Positions 19,383 through 29,833 are shown, counted from the stretch's first letter. The stretch: 64,000 nucleotides of DNA from an uncultured Gammaproteobacteria bacterium (GCA_964491475.1 CAZBFO010000001.1:327538-391537); one strand, 5' to 3'. The notes: generated from the letters alone by a model not told the origin. Program-made: numbers and translations.

Positions 19383-20092
19383 AGGTTGCCGGTAAAAGAT
19401 GACGGATAGAACTGGATCAGCCAGGTCTGAAAGGCGATGTCGTAGCCGGTCAGGATCAGCAGCGCCATTCCCACGACCAATACGCCGAAAATCTTGTTCA
19501 AGACCGACTGCCATCTTCCGAAGGCGACCAGCCTGCGTTGCAGGGCATTGCCGCCATAGGCGATGCCCAGCATAGGCACGCCGGCACCGAGCGCATAGGC
19601 GAAAAGCAACAGCAGCGTCGTGAGGAAGTCGGGATTGCGGCTGGCCAGGGTCAAAATCGATCCCAGGATGGGTCCGGCGCAAGGCGTCCAGATCAGTCCG
19701 AGCGAAAGGCCGACCATAAGTCCGGACGCGGCGTCCGTGCGTTTGCTCGCTCCGCTGGAGAGCTTGCCGCTCCACCGCGCCAGCACCGGCTGCAGACTTG
19801 CCATGGCCCTGTCGTAGGCTTTCTCGAAGAGCAGCGCCAGTCCGAAGAGGAGCAGCAGTACCACGGCGACGGTGCGCAAGACGGAGTTGCTGACGCCCAA
19901 GAAAGTACCGAACGTCGCCAGGGCGGCGCCGATGAGGCTGAAGCTGCCCACGAATCCGACGATGATCATCAGCGGCCGGAACTTGGACTTGCCGCCGCTG
20001 GTGCCGAGAAGGAACGGCAGCAGGGGCAAAATGCAGGGCGCGAGGATGGTCAGGAAACCGGCGACGATGGCAAGAAAGAAAAGGCTGTGCAT
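19379..20092 (-). CDS. ccdA: CcdA-family thiol-disulfide transporter (DipZ N-terminal half)
   Basis: APCILP and WTPCAGPIL motifs; about 6 TM segments. Confidence 0.9.
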   Translation of the reverse strand: MHSLFFLAIVAGFLTILAPCILPLLPFLLGTSGGKSKFRPLMIIVGFVGSFSLIGAALATFGTFLGVSNSVLRTVAVVLLLLFGLALLFEKAYDRAMASLQPVLARWSGKLSSGASKRTDAASGLMVGLSLGLIWTPCAGPILGSILTLASRNPDFLTTLLLLFAYALGAGVPMLGIAYGGNALQRRLVAFGRWQSVLNKIFGVLVVGMALLILTGYDIAFQTWLIQFYPSSFTGNL

Positions 20093-20161
20093 AGGGCGTT
20101 TATCGGCAACAAAAAAGTGCCACTACGTTTCGTAAGGCACTATACCACACCTGCCCGCCGG

Positions 20162-20686
20162 TTACATCGCCTGCAGGTAGCGGGTCACGCCGACGAACAG
20201 CAGGCCGACGGCGGCGGCCGTGACCAGCCAGTGCGCCGGCATCCGACGCTCGGCCTTGCCGTCCGCCTTCCAAGCGATGGCAAAAATCACCAGCATCAGC
20301 ACCTTGGAGGCCTCGCAGAAGGGGCAAATGGTGCCCAAATCGCGGATCTCGATGAGCGACAGGTTGATGCCGAACACCAGCGAGAAGAGGGTGAAGGCCT
20401 GAATCGCCCGATAGGCCTGAGGCAGGAATTTCTTGTATGCCAGGGCGGCGATGGTGACGAAGTAAGCCAGGCCAAGGAAAGACAACGGCACGCCCAGCAC
20501 TTCGGAGTAGATGCTCTTGTTGACGATCTCGCAGGACAGGCCGGCGCCGAAGTTGCAGAGGGAGCCTTCGGTGGTCTTAAAGTGCAGGTACGTCAAATAT
20601 CCCATGAACAGGGTGCCGAGACCGCACAGGGCGACGATGATCCTGTCGATTTTGCCGAACGAAGAGGCGTTCTGCATAGAATGCAT
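20162..20686 (-). CDS. vitamin K epoxide reductase family protein
   Basis: CNFGAGLSC loop cysteines and CPFC; alternative start at 20677. Confidence 0.88.
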   Translation of the reverse strand: MHSMQNASSFGKIDRIIVALCGLGTLFMGYLTYLHFKTTEGSLCNFGAGLSCEIVNKSIYSEVLGVPLSFLGLAYFVTIAALAYKKFLPQAYRAIQAFTLFSLVFGINLSLIEIRDLGTICPFCEASKVLMLVIFAIAWKADGKAERRMPAHWLVTAAAVGLLFVGVTRYLQAM

Positions 20687-20828
20687 GCTGCCAGGACGTT
20701 ACCACGAAAACAGGTGATTGTCGAGGTGGCCGGGCGGGCGCGCTTGCGCCCGGCACGACCGTCGTCTAGGCTGAAAGCAGTCCTGAATGCTTGGGACTTT
20801 TACCGCCCCGGGCACAAAGGAGACAGCC

Positions 20829-21134
20829 GTGAGAGCCAAAAAAATTCTCCTGCAGAACAGCACGACCAACGTGCTGTATGTGCAGGTCATGGTGGAAAAC
20901 GACACGTTCATTGTCACTTTGCACGGACGCATGCCGTTGGACCGATGCGATACGGTGCCGCCGAAGAAGATGGCGTCCTATTCGGTCAACGCGGCCGTGC
21001 GCCGCTGCATCACGCCGGCGGAACGGCTCAACTACACCGTACGCAACAAGTCGGGCGGACCTCTCGACGTCGACGTGCGCCCCGACGCCAAGCGCGAGGC
21101 CATCGTCATGACCGTCATCGCCCAAAAAAACTGA
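20829..21134 (+). CDS. small beta-rich hypothetical protein (paralog A)
   Basis: AAAGGAG SD with GTG start. Confidence 0.7.
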   Translation: MRAKKILLQNSTTNVLYVQVMVENDTFIVTLHGRMPLDRCDTVPPKKMASYSVNAAVRRCITPAERLNYTVRNKSGGPLDVDVRPDAKREAIVMTVIAQKN

Positions 21135-21168
21135 CCGCGCGGCATGAGGCGCAGAAAGGAGAAAGCGC

Positions 21169-21447
21169 ATGCGATTTTACGCCGTCAACGCGACCGGCAT
21201 CACCCTGCACGTCCGGCTGGATCGCGATGCCAAGGACGAACTCGTCCTGACGGTCAGCAAGCGGAAGATGGAACAGCCGCCCAAGCCGCTTTCCGCCTAC
21301 GTGCTGGCCAGCAGGACGCCCACGCGCATCGCCCACCTGGACGAGCGCAAGTCGTTCACGCTCAAGAACCCGGACCGAATGATCTTCGAAGACTTCCTCG
21401 ACAGCGACAAGGATCGGATTCTCAAAGTGACCGGCTTCCTCAACTGA
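21169..21447 (+). CDS. small beta-rich hypothetical protein (paralog B)
   Basis: AAAGGAG SD; terminator cccgcggc...gccgcggg plus T-run follows. Confidence 0.7.
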   Translation: MRFYAVNATGITLHVRLDRDAKDELVLTVSKRKMEQPPKPLSAYVLASRTPTRIAHLDERKSFTLKNPDRMIFEDFLDSDKDRILKVTGFLN

Positions 21448-21524
21448 CTCCCGCGGCTGCCGCCGCGGGCTTTTTTTTCGCCTCGCGGCGCGGTACACTC
21501 GTACGGACGTTCATCCGTCCCCAC

Positions 21525-22802
21525 ATGCTCGAACACCTTTCCGCACAAGACCCCGAAATCGCCGAAGCCGTACGCAACGAAGTCGCCCGGCAGAAGAACG
21601 GCCTGGAGATGATCGCCTCCGAAAACATCGTCTCCATGGCGGTGCTCGAGGCGCTGGGCACGCCGCTGACCAACAAATATTCCGAAGGCTACCCCGGCAA
21701 GCGCTACTACGGCGGCAACGCCTGCATCGACGTCATCGAGAATGCGGCCATCATCCGAGCGCGCAAGCTGTTCGGTGCCGAACACGCCAACGTGCAGCCG
21801 CACTCCGGCTCGTCGGCCAACGCGGCGGCGTACTTTGCGCTGGCGGAGCACGGCGACACCATCCTGGCATTGGACCTGGCCCATGGCGGCCACCTGACCC
21901 ATGGCAGCGCGGTGAACTTCTCCGGTCGGCAGTACCGCATGGTCCATTACGGCGTGCGCAAGGAAGACGAGCGCATCGACATGGACCAGGTACGGCAGCT
22001 GGCGCTCAAGGAAAAACCGAAGGTAATCGTAGCCGGCTTCACGGCGTATTCGCGCCAGCTCGATTTTGCGGCTTTCCGCAAAATCGCCGAAGAAGTCGGC
22101 GCGTACCTGATGGTGGACATGGCGCACTTTGCCGGTTTGGTGGCGGCAAGGCTGTACCCGGACCCGATACCACACGCCGATGTGGTCACGGCCACCACCC
22201 ACAAGACCTTGCGCGGGCCTCGTGGCGGCCTGATTCTCTGCAAGACCGAAGACCGGCTGCGCCCCAACGACAAGAAGACGCTGGCCCAGCGCATCGACAG
22301 CGCGGTCTTCCCCGGCATGCAAGGCGGTCCGCTGGACCATGTGGTCGCGGCCAAGGCCGTGGCCTTCAGGGAGGCGCTGGACCCGGCCTTCGTTGACTAT
22401 CAGCGCCGGACCATCGACAATGCCCGAGCCCTTTCCGAAGGGCTGACGGCCCAGGGCTTCCGGGTGGTCACCGGCGGCACCGACAACCACCTGCTTCTGC
22501 TCGACCTGACCGCCGCCGGCATAGGCGGCAAAAAGGCCGAGGAGGCGCTCGATGCCGTCGGCATCGCCGTCAACAAGAACATGATCCCCTTCGATTCGCG
22601 CAAGCCGACCGACCCGTCCGGCCTGCGCCTGGGCACGCCGGCGTTGACTACCCGCGGCTGCGACGAAGGCGACATGACGCTCATCGCCGCGCTCATCGCC
22701 CGCGTGCTCAAGGCGCCGGACGACGAGCAGGTACGAACTGACGTTTCTGCCGCCGTCCGCGAGCTGGCGGCGCGACGACCCATCTACCCCGAACTGCAGT
22801 AA
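21525..22802 (+). CDS. glyA: serine hydroxymethyltransferase
   Basis: [35 protein letters not shown]. Confidence 0.97.
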   Translation: MLEHLSAQDPEIAEAVRNEVARQKNGLEMIASENIVSMAVLEALGTPLTNKYSEGYPGKRYYGGNACIDVIENAAIIRARKLFGAEHANVQPHSGSSANAAAYFALAEHGDTILALDLAHGGHLTHGSAVNFSGRQYRMVHYGVRKEDERIDMDQVRQLALKEKPKVIVAGFTAYSRQLDFAAFRKIAEEVGAYLMVDMAHFAGLVAARLYPDPIPHADVVTATTHKTLRGPRGGLILCKTEDRLRPNDKKTLAQRIDSAVFPGMQGGPLDHVVAAKAVAFREALDPAFVDYQRRTIDNARALSEGLTAQGFRVVTGGTDNHLLLLDLTAAGIGGKKAEEALDAVGIAVNKNMIPFDSRKPTDPSGLRLGTPALTTRGCDEGDMTLIAALIARVLKAPDDEQVRTDVSAAVRELAARRPIYPELQ

Positions 22803-22818
22803 CCTGGAAAGGAAAACC

Positions 22819-23652
22819 ATGTCAGCGAAACCGATCGACGGAAAATCCCTTGCCGCAGCCATCGTGGCTCGCGCCCGACGCGACTGCCTCGAATTGGGCT
22901 ATTCGCCCAGCTTGGCGGTAGTGATCGTCGGCGACGATCCGGCTTCGCACCAATACGTGCGTCTCAAAGAGAATGCGTGCCGTGAAGCCGGCATCCGCTT
23001 TGAGCGCCTGTCATTCGCCGCCGACGCCAACATCGGCCTGATCGTCCGTGCCATCGAGACACTGAACCGTCGGCAGGATGTCGATGCCATCTTGGTGCAG
23101 CTGCCGCTGCCCGAGCCGCTCGACGAGAGCGTGGTCATAAGGACCATCGACCCGGTCAAGGACGTCGACGGCTTCCACCCCGACAACGCCGATGCGCTGG
23201 CCAACGGCTCACCGCGACTGATCCCCGGCCTGGCAGCGGGCATCACGGCACTCATCAAGTCAACCGATGAGCCGCTGCGCGGAAAGAAGGCCGCAGTCAT
23301 CGCCAACAGCAGGATTTTTTTCGATCCGCTGGCGATCGTGCTGCGCTCGGCCGGCATCGAGCCGACCTACCTGCGTCCCGACGAGGCCGCGCGCGCCCGC
23401 GAGGCCGACGTCATCGTCATCGCCATCGGCCGCGCGCACTTCCTGAAGGCGGAGATGGTCAAACCGGGCGCGATCGTCATCGATGTCGGCACCAACAAGC
23501 TCGACGGCAAAACCGTCGGCGACGTCGACCTTTCCGCGTGGGAACCGGCGGCATTCGTCTCCCCCGTTCCCGGCGGCGTCGGTCCGATGACCGTGGGCAT
23601 GCTCATCAAGAATACCGTCGAGCTGGCCAAGAAGCGGCGCGGGCACGGATAG
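22819..23652 (+). CDS. folD: methylenetetrahydrofolate dehydrogenase/cyclohydrolase
   Basis: VQLPLP, KDVDGFHP, PVPGGVGPMTV. Confidence 0.95.
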   Translation: MSAKPIDGKSLAAAIVARARRDCLELGYSPSLAVVIVGDDPASHQYVRLKENACREAGIRFERLSFAADANIGLIVRAIETLNRRQDVDAILVQLPLPEPLDESVVIRTIDPVKDVDGFHPDNADALANGSPRLIPGLAAGITALIKSTDEPLRGKKAAVIANSRIFFDPLAIVLRSAGIEPTYLRPDEAARAREADVIVIAIGRAHFLKAEMVKPGAIVIDVGTNKLDGKTVGDVDLSAWEPAAFVSPVPGGVGPMTVGMLIKNTVELAKKRRGHG

Positions 23653-23655
23653 CCT

Positions 23656-24807
23656 CTACACCAGCTTGCCGATCAGCCGTGCAATGGTCAGCAAGGCACC
23701 GACCGCAAGAATCGTAATCGAGACGTAAGCGACCCAGATCGGCACGCCCAGAGCTTTCTTGACGGCGTGCTTTTTCGTTACCGCGACGTAGAGCAGCGCC
23801 ACCAGTATGGCGCTGGTGCCGCTGAAGACGGCGCCGGTGAAGCCGACGATGGTGACGAAGTCCTTCACGCCCAGCAGCATCAGCGTGAACGGCGGCACGA
23901 CGGTCAGCATCCAGGACCAGAACTGCGAGAACTTGTAGTCATAGCGGAAGGTGTTCCGGAGGTTGGTGGCGCTGGCGAAGAACGCGGCGGTCACGGCCAG
24001 CAGGCCGGCGATGGCCCCGACCTTGGCGATGCCAGGGCCCAGCACGGCCTGCAAGCCCTTCACGGCCTCGGTAGTGGTGGCCGCACCGGTCACGCCCAGC
24101 ACGGTCAGGCTGAAGGAGGCCACCAGCGTGGCGGCCGAAAGCGTGCCGATCACGATGGCCTTGCGGTAATTCTCATGCTTGCCCTTGAGGATGTCTTCCA
24201 TTTCGAGAATCGCCGGCAGGCCCGAAAGCGAGAACAGCAGGATGCCGTACGGCAGCAGCAGATCGTGACCGGAAACCAGCGGCAGGTAGTTTTCGAGGCG
24301 CACGTGCGGCAGGCCCAAGTACAGGATGACGGCCATGGCCAAAATCATGCCCGTGGTGACCACCGTGCCGATGCGCGTGACGAAGCCGAGGCCGAGGTAG
24401 ATGAGGCCGGCGCCGACGGCGGCCCATCCGATCTGGTACAGCAGCGGCACCCCGCCGAAGAACGGCGACAGCAAGTTGGACAGGAAGGTGCCGCCGACCA
24501 CCATATAAGCGAGCAGCGCGCCCCAGAACCCCAACATGATGGCAGCGGCCGCAACCGCCTTGGCGCGGCGTCCCAAGTACCGTTCCACCAATCCGACCAA
24601 GCGAAGCGGCACCGGACAGGCGATCGCCGCCTCCGCGTAGTAGAGGTGCTGCATGAGCTGTACGCTGGCCAGCACCACCAGGTAGATGATCGCCGGCAGC
24701 ACGCCCGATCGCGAAAAGGCGTACGGCACGCCGAAGATGCCCACGCCGATGATGGAGCCGATGAGCGTCAGCACCGCTGAACGAAATGCCTGTCGATCGG
24801 TTTGCAT
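23656..24807 (-). CDS. aromatic amino acid (HAAAP/Mtr-TyrP-like) permease
   Basis: IGSIIGVGIFGVPY; about 11 TM segments. Confidence 0.85.
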   Translation of the reverse strand: MQTDRQAFRSAVLTLIGSIIGVGIFGVPYAFSRSGVLPAIIYLVVLASVQLMQHLYYAEAAIACPVPLRLVGLVERYLGRRAKAVAAAAIMLGFWGALLAYMVVGGTFLSNLLSPFFGGVPLLYQIGWAAVGAGLIYLGLGFVTRIGTVVTTGMILAMAVILYLGLPHVRLENYLPLVSGHDLLLPYGILLFSLSGLPAILEMEDILKGKHENYRKAIVIGTLSAATLVASFSLTVLGVTGAATTTEAVKGLQAVLGPGIAKVGAIAGLLAVTAAFFASATNLRNTFRYDYKFSQFWSWMLTVVPPFTLMLLGVKDFVTIVGFTGAVFSGTSAILVALLYVAVTKKHAVKKALGVPIWVAYVSITILAVGALLTIARLIGKLV

Positions 24808-24900
24808 GTGCACAGTATAGCACGCCGTTCCATTGCCGCCGCGTCCGTCTGGGCATATGCTTGACCCTGACGTTCTTTCGCCGCCATCACGAGGTGCCTG

Positions 24901-25530
24901 ATGAGCCTTTTCGGCAAAAAATCAGGTCCTGGCTTGCCCATCCTGATTGCCAACGGTTTCGCGCCATTCCCGCTCCCTCTCCAGCTGGTGCAGCTGGAAT
25001 ACTGGAACCGCGGATTTCCCAGTCACGTCATCCCTTTCCGGTTGATCGACAACCGTGATGTCAACGTTTACGCGCGGAACGTGGCAGACTCGGTGAAACG
25101 CATCTGCGACCGTCACCGGCTGGCACGAATCAACCTGATGGGCTTGAGTCTTGGTGCCGTCGCCGGACTGGCGGCCATCAAGCGGTTGGGCATCGCCTCG
25201 CGCATCGCCACCTTCGTGGCCGTGGGCGGACCGATCATGGGAACCAATCTGGCCTATGCGGGCTTGCCGACGATCGTGTTCTCGCGCATCGGCGCGCAGC
25301 TGCTGCCTTCCAGCCAGTTCGTTCAAAAGCTCGCCTCGGAGCCGCTGCCGCACGGACCTCGCTACGTCGCCGTCGCCGGCAGCAACGATCTGGTTTGCCC
25401 CACCTGGACCGCGTTGTTTCCCGGCGCCGAGCACATTGTGCTCAAGTTCCACCACGTGGGCGTCGTCGGCGATCCCGGCATCGCCGATGCCGTCGCGCCG
25501 TATCTCGGCAAGCAGCCCTCCCCGCGATAG
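24901..25530 (+). CDS. alpha/beta hydrolase (lipase/esterase-like)
   Basis: GLSLG nucleophile elbow, D (NDLVC), H (FHHVG). Confidence 0.8.
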   Translation: MSLFGKKSGPGLPILIANGFAPFPLPLQLVQLEYWNRGFPSHVIPFRLIDNRDVNVYARNVADSVKRICDRHRLARINLMGLSLGAVAGLAAIKRLGIASRIATFVAVGGPIMGTNLAYAGLPTIVFSRIGAQLLPSSQFVQKLASEPLPHGPRYVAVAGSNDLVCPTWTALFPGAEHIVLKFHHVGVVGDPGIADAVAPYLGKQPSPR

Positions 25531-25635
25531 GAGGGCTTTTTTAAACCTGACTGGCCGTCTGCTCACAGTTTCTCCACCCATTGTCCCGTTTTTCGCATTG
25601 AAACAAGGGGGACGCTACAGTACAGTAGAACTGTT

Positions 25636-27075
25636 ATGTCATCCACCGGACGCATCCCCCCGCAAAATATCGAGGCCGAACAGTCGTTTTTGGGCGCCCT
25701 GCTCATCGAAAAGGACTCCCTGCTTCGCGTCGAGGACATGCTCCGCCCCGAGGACTTTTACCGCCAGTCGCACACCGAAATCTATCAGGCCATCATCGAG
25801 CTGAACGACAAGAAGGAACCCATCGACCTGCTCACTCTCGGCAACCGCCTCAACGAGAAAGGCAAGCTCGAATCGGTCGGCGGCCGCGCCTACCTGATCG
25901 AGCTGACGACGATGGTGCCCACCGCCGCGCACGTCCAGCACTACGCCGGAATCGTCCAAAAGAAGGCCACGCTGCGTCGCCTGCTGTCCGCCTCGACCGA
26001 AATCACCAGCATCGCCTTCGACGAAGACGAGGACATCGGCGAGACGCTCAACCGCGCCGAACAGAAGCTGTTCGGCATCTCGCAGAACTACCTCAAGACC
26101 AACTTCACTCCCATCAAGGACGCGCTCCACACCGCCTTTGACCGCATCGACGAGCTGCACCGCGAGCGCGGCAAGCTGCGCGGCATCCCCACCGGCTTCA
26201 CCGACCTCGACAGCCTGCTCGGCGGCCTGCAACGTTCCGACCTGATCATCCTTGCGGCGCGTCCGTCGGTCGGCAAGACGGCCTTCGCCATGGACATCGC
26301 CCGCCAGACGGCGGTCAAGTACAAGGTGCCGGTCGGCATCTTCTCCTTGGAAATGTCCAAGGAACAGCTGGTCGATCGCATGATCTGCGCCGAAGCCGGC
26401 GTCGACCTTTGGAAGATGCGCACCGGCAAGCTGAACGACAGCGGCGATGCCTCGAGCGACTTCGTGCGCATCGGTAACGCCCTCGGCAACCTGTCCGAAG
26501 CGCCCATCTTCATCGACGACACCTCCAACCTGACCATCACCGAAATCCGCACCAAGGCCCGCCGCCTGCAGAAGGACCGCGGCCTGGGCATGCTGGTGAT
26601 CGACTACTTGCAGCTGATGGAATCGCGCAGCGGCAACAAGAACTCCGACAACCGCACCCAAGAAGTGGCCGAAATCACCCGTGCGCTCAAAGGTTTGGCC
26701 CGCGAACTGAACATCCCGGTGCTGGCGCTGTCGCAGCTCTCCCGTACCACCGAAGCCTCCAAGCCGGCCATCCCCAAACTGTCGCACCTGCGCGAATCCG
26801 GTTCCATCGAGCAAGACGCCGACATCGTCATGTTCATTTACCGCAAGGCCGCCGACAAGAACTACCGGTTGGACGAAATCCCCTTGGACGAGCGCTACAT
26901 CGGCGAAATCCACGTGGCCAAGCACCGCAACGGCCCCGTCGGCGAAGTGAAGCTGTTCTTCGACGAGGCCCGCGCCAGCTACCGCAACCTGGACCGCCGC
27001 GCCATGTCGCAGATGGCCCCGGCCATGGCCGCCGCGGCACCCGCAGCCGCCCCGCCATCCGCCCCGCAATTTTGA
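25636..27075 (+). CDS. dnaB: replicative DNA helicase
   Basis: PPQNIEAEQ, ARPSVGKT, IDYLQLM, LRESGSIEQDAD, KHRNGP. Confidence 0.97.
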   Translation: MSSTGRIPPQNIEAEQSFLGALLIEKDSLLRVEDMLRPEDFYRQSHTEIYQAIIELNDKKEPIDLLTLGNRLNEKGKLESVGGRAYLIELTTMVPTAAHVQHYAGIVQKKATLRRLLSASTEITSIAFDEDEDIGETLNRAEQKLFGISQNYLKTNFTPIKDALHTAFDRIDELHRERGKLRGIPTGFTDLDSLLGGLQRSDLIILAARPSVGKTAFAMDIARQTAVKYKVPVGIFSLEMSKEQLVDRMICAEAGVDLWKMRTGKLNDSGDASSDFVRIGNALGNLSEAPIFIDDTSNLTITEIRTKARRLQKDRGLGMLVIDYLQLMESRSGNKNSDNRTQEVAEITRALKGLARELNIPVLALSQLSRTTEASKPAIPKLSHLRESGSIEQDADIVMFIYRKAADKNYRLDEIPLDERYIGEIHVAKHRNGPVGEVKLFFDEARASYRNLDRRAMSQMAPAMAAAAPAAAPPSAPQF

Positions 27076-27125
27076 CCTGGCCGACCCAGCACGTATACTG
27101 ATCCCCATACTCTTCACCGATCCCT

Positions 27126-27413
27126 ATGTTCGAGAAGCTCAAGCAGTTCAAGGAACTCCGCGACAAGGCCAAGGAAATCCAGACCTCCCTCGCCACAGAA
27201 TCCGTCGAAGGCTCCGGCGCCTGGAACAAGGTCAAAGTCACCATGGACGGCAACCAGAACGTCACCGCCGTTTCCATCGCTGACGAGCTCCTGACCGACA
27301 AGTCCAAGCTGCAGGACGGCGTCCGCGAGGCGGTCAACGACGCCGTCAAGAAGGCCCAACGCAAGATGATGGAAAAAATGAGGGACATGGGCGCGCTGCC
27401 GGGGATGGGTTAA
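27126..27413 (+). CDS. ybaB: YbaB/EbfC nucleoid-associated protein
   Basis: Size, VKVTMDGNQ and AVNDA motifs, adjacency to recR. Confidence 0.88.
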   Translation: MFEKLKQFKELRDKAKEIQTSLATESVEGSGAWNKVKVTMDGNQNVTAVSIADELLTDKSKLQDGVREAVNDAVKKAQRKMMEKMRDMGALPGMG

Positions 27414-27487
27414 GGAGCCCGAATGACGACGGGCGCAAGGCGCGGGACGACCGCCCCGCGCCCAGCACGCGCCACTATTCCGCACCG

Positions 27488-28129
27488 ATGCCGAAATTTC
27501 CCAAGACAATCGAGGACCTGATTGCCCAGCTGGGTACATTGCCCGGCGTTGGCCCGAAGACGGCTGAACGCTATGCTTTTTCGTTGCTCAAGCGCAGCCG
27601 CAGCGAGCGCGAGCGGCTGGCGCAGGCCATCACGGCGCCGGACCAGATGCTGACCACCTGTTCCACTTGCCGCAACTACACCGAGTCCGATCCCTGCAAC
27701 ATCTGCGGCGACGTCAAGCGCGACCGCGAGGTCATCTGCGTGGTGGCCAACGAGCAGGACTTGCTGGCGCTGGAGCACACCGGCGAGCATCGCGGGCTGT
27801 ACCACATCTTGGGCGGCACGCTGTCGCCGGCAGACGGCATCACGCCGCGCGAGCTGACGGTGCGCGAGCTGGTGGAGCGCGTGCGCGTCACCAAGCCGCG
27901 CGAAGTCATCCTGGCGTTCGACCCGACCATCGAGGGCGAGTCGACCACGCTGTACGTCTCGCGCCTGCTGGCACCGTTCGGTACCCAGCTCACCCGCCTG
28001 GCCCGCGGCCTGCCCATCGGCAGCGAACTCGGCTACGCCGACGAGGTCACCCTCACCGACGCCATCAAGGGACGACGGGTGCTGCAGACGGCGACCGCAC
28101 CTGCAGAAACCGTAATCGAACCGTTCTAA
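27488..28129 (+). CDS. recR: recombination protein RecR
   Basis: LPGVGPKTAER, C4 zinc finger, TOPRIM region EGEST, YADEVTL. Confidence 0.95.
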   Translation: MPKFPKTIEDLIAQLGTLPGVGPKTAERYAFSLLKRSRSERERLAQAITAPDQMLTTCSTCRNYTESDPCNICGDVKRDREVICVVANEQDLLALEHTGEHRGLYHILGGTLSPADGITPRELTVRELVERVRVTKPREVILAFDPTIEGESTTLYVSRLLAPFGTQLTRLARGLPIGSELGYADEVTLTDAIKGRRVLQTATAPAETVIEPF

Positions 28130-28199
28130 GAACGGCCGCCCCAGTCAGAGGGGGCGGCCTTTGCTTTAGATGGCAGGCAGGGCCTTTTCGTTTCCGGCA

Positions 28200-28940
28200 T
28201 CACTTTGCCATCAGCCATGACCTCGCCTCCGAAATAAGTTTTTCCTCCGGCCTCTCAACGAGCATCTCGTCGATCAACGACAGCAGCTCGGCACGCGCCT
28301 GCGAAAAGCGGGGCCGGGAAGCGAATTTTTTCTCGTTCTCAATGAGGTCATGCGCGAGCGAACCGAGAGCGGCTTCGATCGTGTCGAAAGCGTTATCGCC
28401 TTCGTTGGCGAATTTCGGATCGACATCGACTATCACGAAGTGCTTTGCGTCTTCCCCGACGCGGTTGCCGTAGACGAACTGGTCGCTGCGGCAGTCGCTC
28501 CAGAACTTCCGCTTCTGCCTCCAGGCATCGGCATAATGCCGCACGAGCGAACGGTACGTCTCCTCGAGTTCGCCCTTTGCCCCTTCTGGCAGCGACTCGG
28601 CCTTGGCGACGTTTTCACCGTCGATCTTTTCCACGACCGTAAAGACGGCCTCCTCGCCCTCCTTGTTCCGTTCTCGGCGTGTCTCCGTCGACACGACTCT
28701 TAGGCCGTATTCGTCCCTAAGGCGCGCGAACATCGCCTCGCCCTCGCGCTGGGCGGTCTCGAGGTCATCGAGAGTCTGACCGTCGGCAGCGCGGCTTTCT
28801 CTTGCGAGCTTCCATGGCTCGCCCTCGATCTGCCACAGACGGACGTTGCCAGCGTCAAAAGAGGTCGGCTTCAGCCTGCCGGCAAAACCTTCGTGTTCGC
28901 GCTCGCCTTGTTGCTCATACGAGGAGGTTCCTTCGCGCAT
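28200..28940 (-). CDS. hypothetical protein, possible kinase-like fold
   Basis: VVEKIDG, DCRSDQFVYG, IVDVDP. Confidence 0.65.
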   Translation of the reverse strand: MREGTSSYEQQGEREHEGFAGRLKPTSFDAGNVRLWQIEGEPWKLARESRAADGQTLDDLETAQREGEAMFARLRDEYGLRVVSTETRRERNKEGEEAVFTVVEKIDGENVAKAESLPEGAKGELEETYRSLVRHYADAWRQKRKFWSDCRSDQFVYGNRVGEDAKHFVIVDVDPKFANEGDNAFDTIEAALGSLAHDLIENEKKFASRPRFSQARAELLSLIDEMLVERPEEKLISEARSWLMAK

Positions 28941-29086
28941 ACGACGATAGGGTACCATCTGCCGTCAAAAACGGAAGACGAACCGGCCTTGGCGATGATG
29001 CCCGAAGCCCGCAGCTTGTTGCCTTTTGCCGCCAAACGTGAAGAAATGCAGGCAGTGTTCCTTTACCCCACCAAAGGAGAGCCATC

Positions 29087-29833
29087 GTGCTTGAACCGCT
29101 CATCAACGAAAAGCAACGACCGCTCTTCGAGAAGATCGTCAACGCCACGGTCGAGGTGCATAAGCTCGGGAGGAACGGCAAGACCGTTCAGTACGGCACC
29201 GGTGCCGTACTGACTGCCTGCGGGCTCATCATCACCGCCGCGCACGTCATCCTTCGTTCGCGCGTAGTGATGGTGCGCCGACTGCGGCTGGACAAGAAGC
29301 GTTGGCGCATCTGGAAGTACAGCAAGCTCAAGGCCGACGTCATCTACCGCGACCACCGCACCGACATTGCCATCCTCAAGTTGCGCAAGCCGCCCAAGGG
29401 ACTGGAGGCAATCGCCCTTGGCGACAGCAACGCGATGCACGTCGGCAGCCCGTTGTTCCGCGTCGGACGAGACCGCATCCCTCTCGGCGCCGGATACGCC
29501 ATCAAAGTGCAGCCGTGCTGGCGGGGCAAGAGACGTGTCCGCGTCCCGCAGGGCAACGGATACGTAATCAAAAAGAAGCCGTACCTCCGGCGAATGCGCG
29601 TGCTGCACGTCGGCATGGACGTCCATTCCGCCGCCAGCGGCGGCCCCGTCTGCAACGAGAGTGGCGAGCTCATCGGTGTCTGCCTGGAACGGCAAGACGA
29701 CGACAACTCCCCTCCCCTCGCCTATGTCGCGGCGCTCGAGGACATTCGCCGACGCGTCCTGAACCGCAAAAACGTCCGAGAACATCTGGAACAGTCCCCC
29801 GAAACCGCAGAGCGCATCTGCGGTCCGCAATGA
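29087..29833 (+). CDS. trypsin-like (S1C) serine protease domain protein
   Basis: GTG, ITAAHVI, DIAILK, SGGPV; AAAGGAG SD with GTG start. Confidence 0.8.
   Translation: MLEPLINEKQRPLFEKIVNATVEVHKLGRNGKTVQYGTGAVLTACGLIITAAHVILRSRVVMVRRLRLDKKRWRIWKYSKLKADVIYRDHRTDIAILKLRKPPKGLEAIALGDSNAMHVGSPLFRVGRDRIPLGAGYAIKVQPCWRGKRRVRVPQGNGYVIKKKPYLRRMRVLHVGMDVHSAASGGPVCNESGELIGVCLERQDDDNSPPLAYVAALEDIRRRVLNRKNVREHLEQSPETAERICGPQ

Noticed and set aside
21448-21524. ZTP or THF riboswitch before glyA-folD
   Set aside because: Only a terminator, a -10 box and one small hairpin are present; the consensus motifs are absent.
15199-27105. Shared 12-mer TATACTGATCCC before the DUF5671 gene and ybaB
   Set aside because: Half of it is the -10 hexamer; the remaining match is too short to support more.
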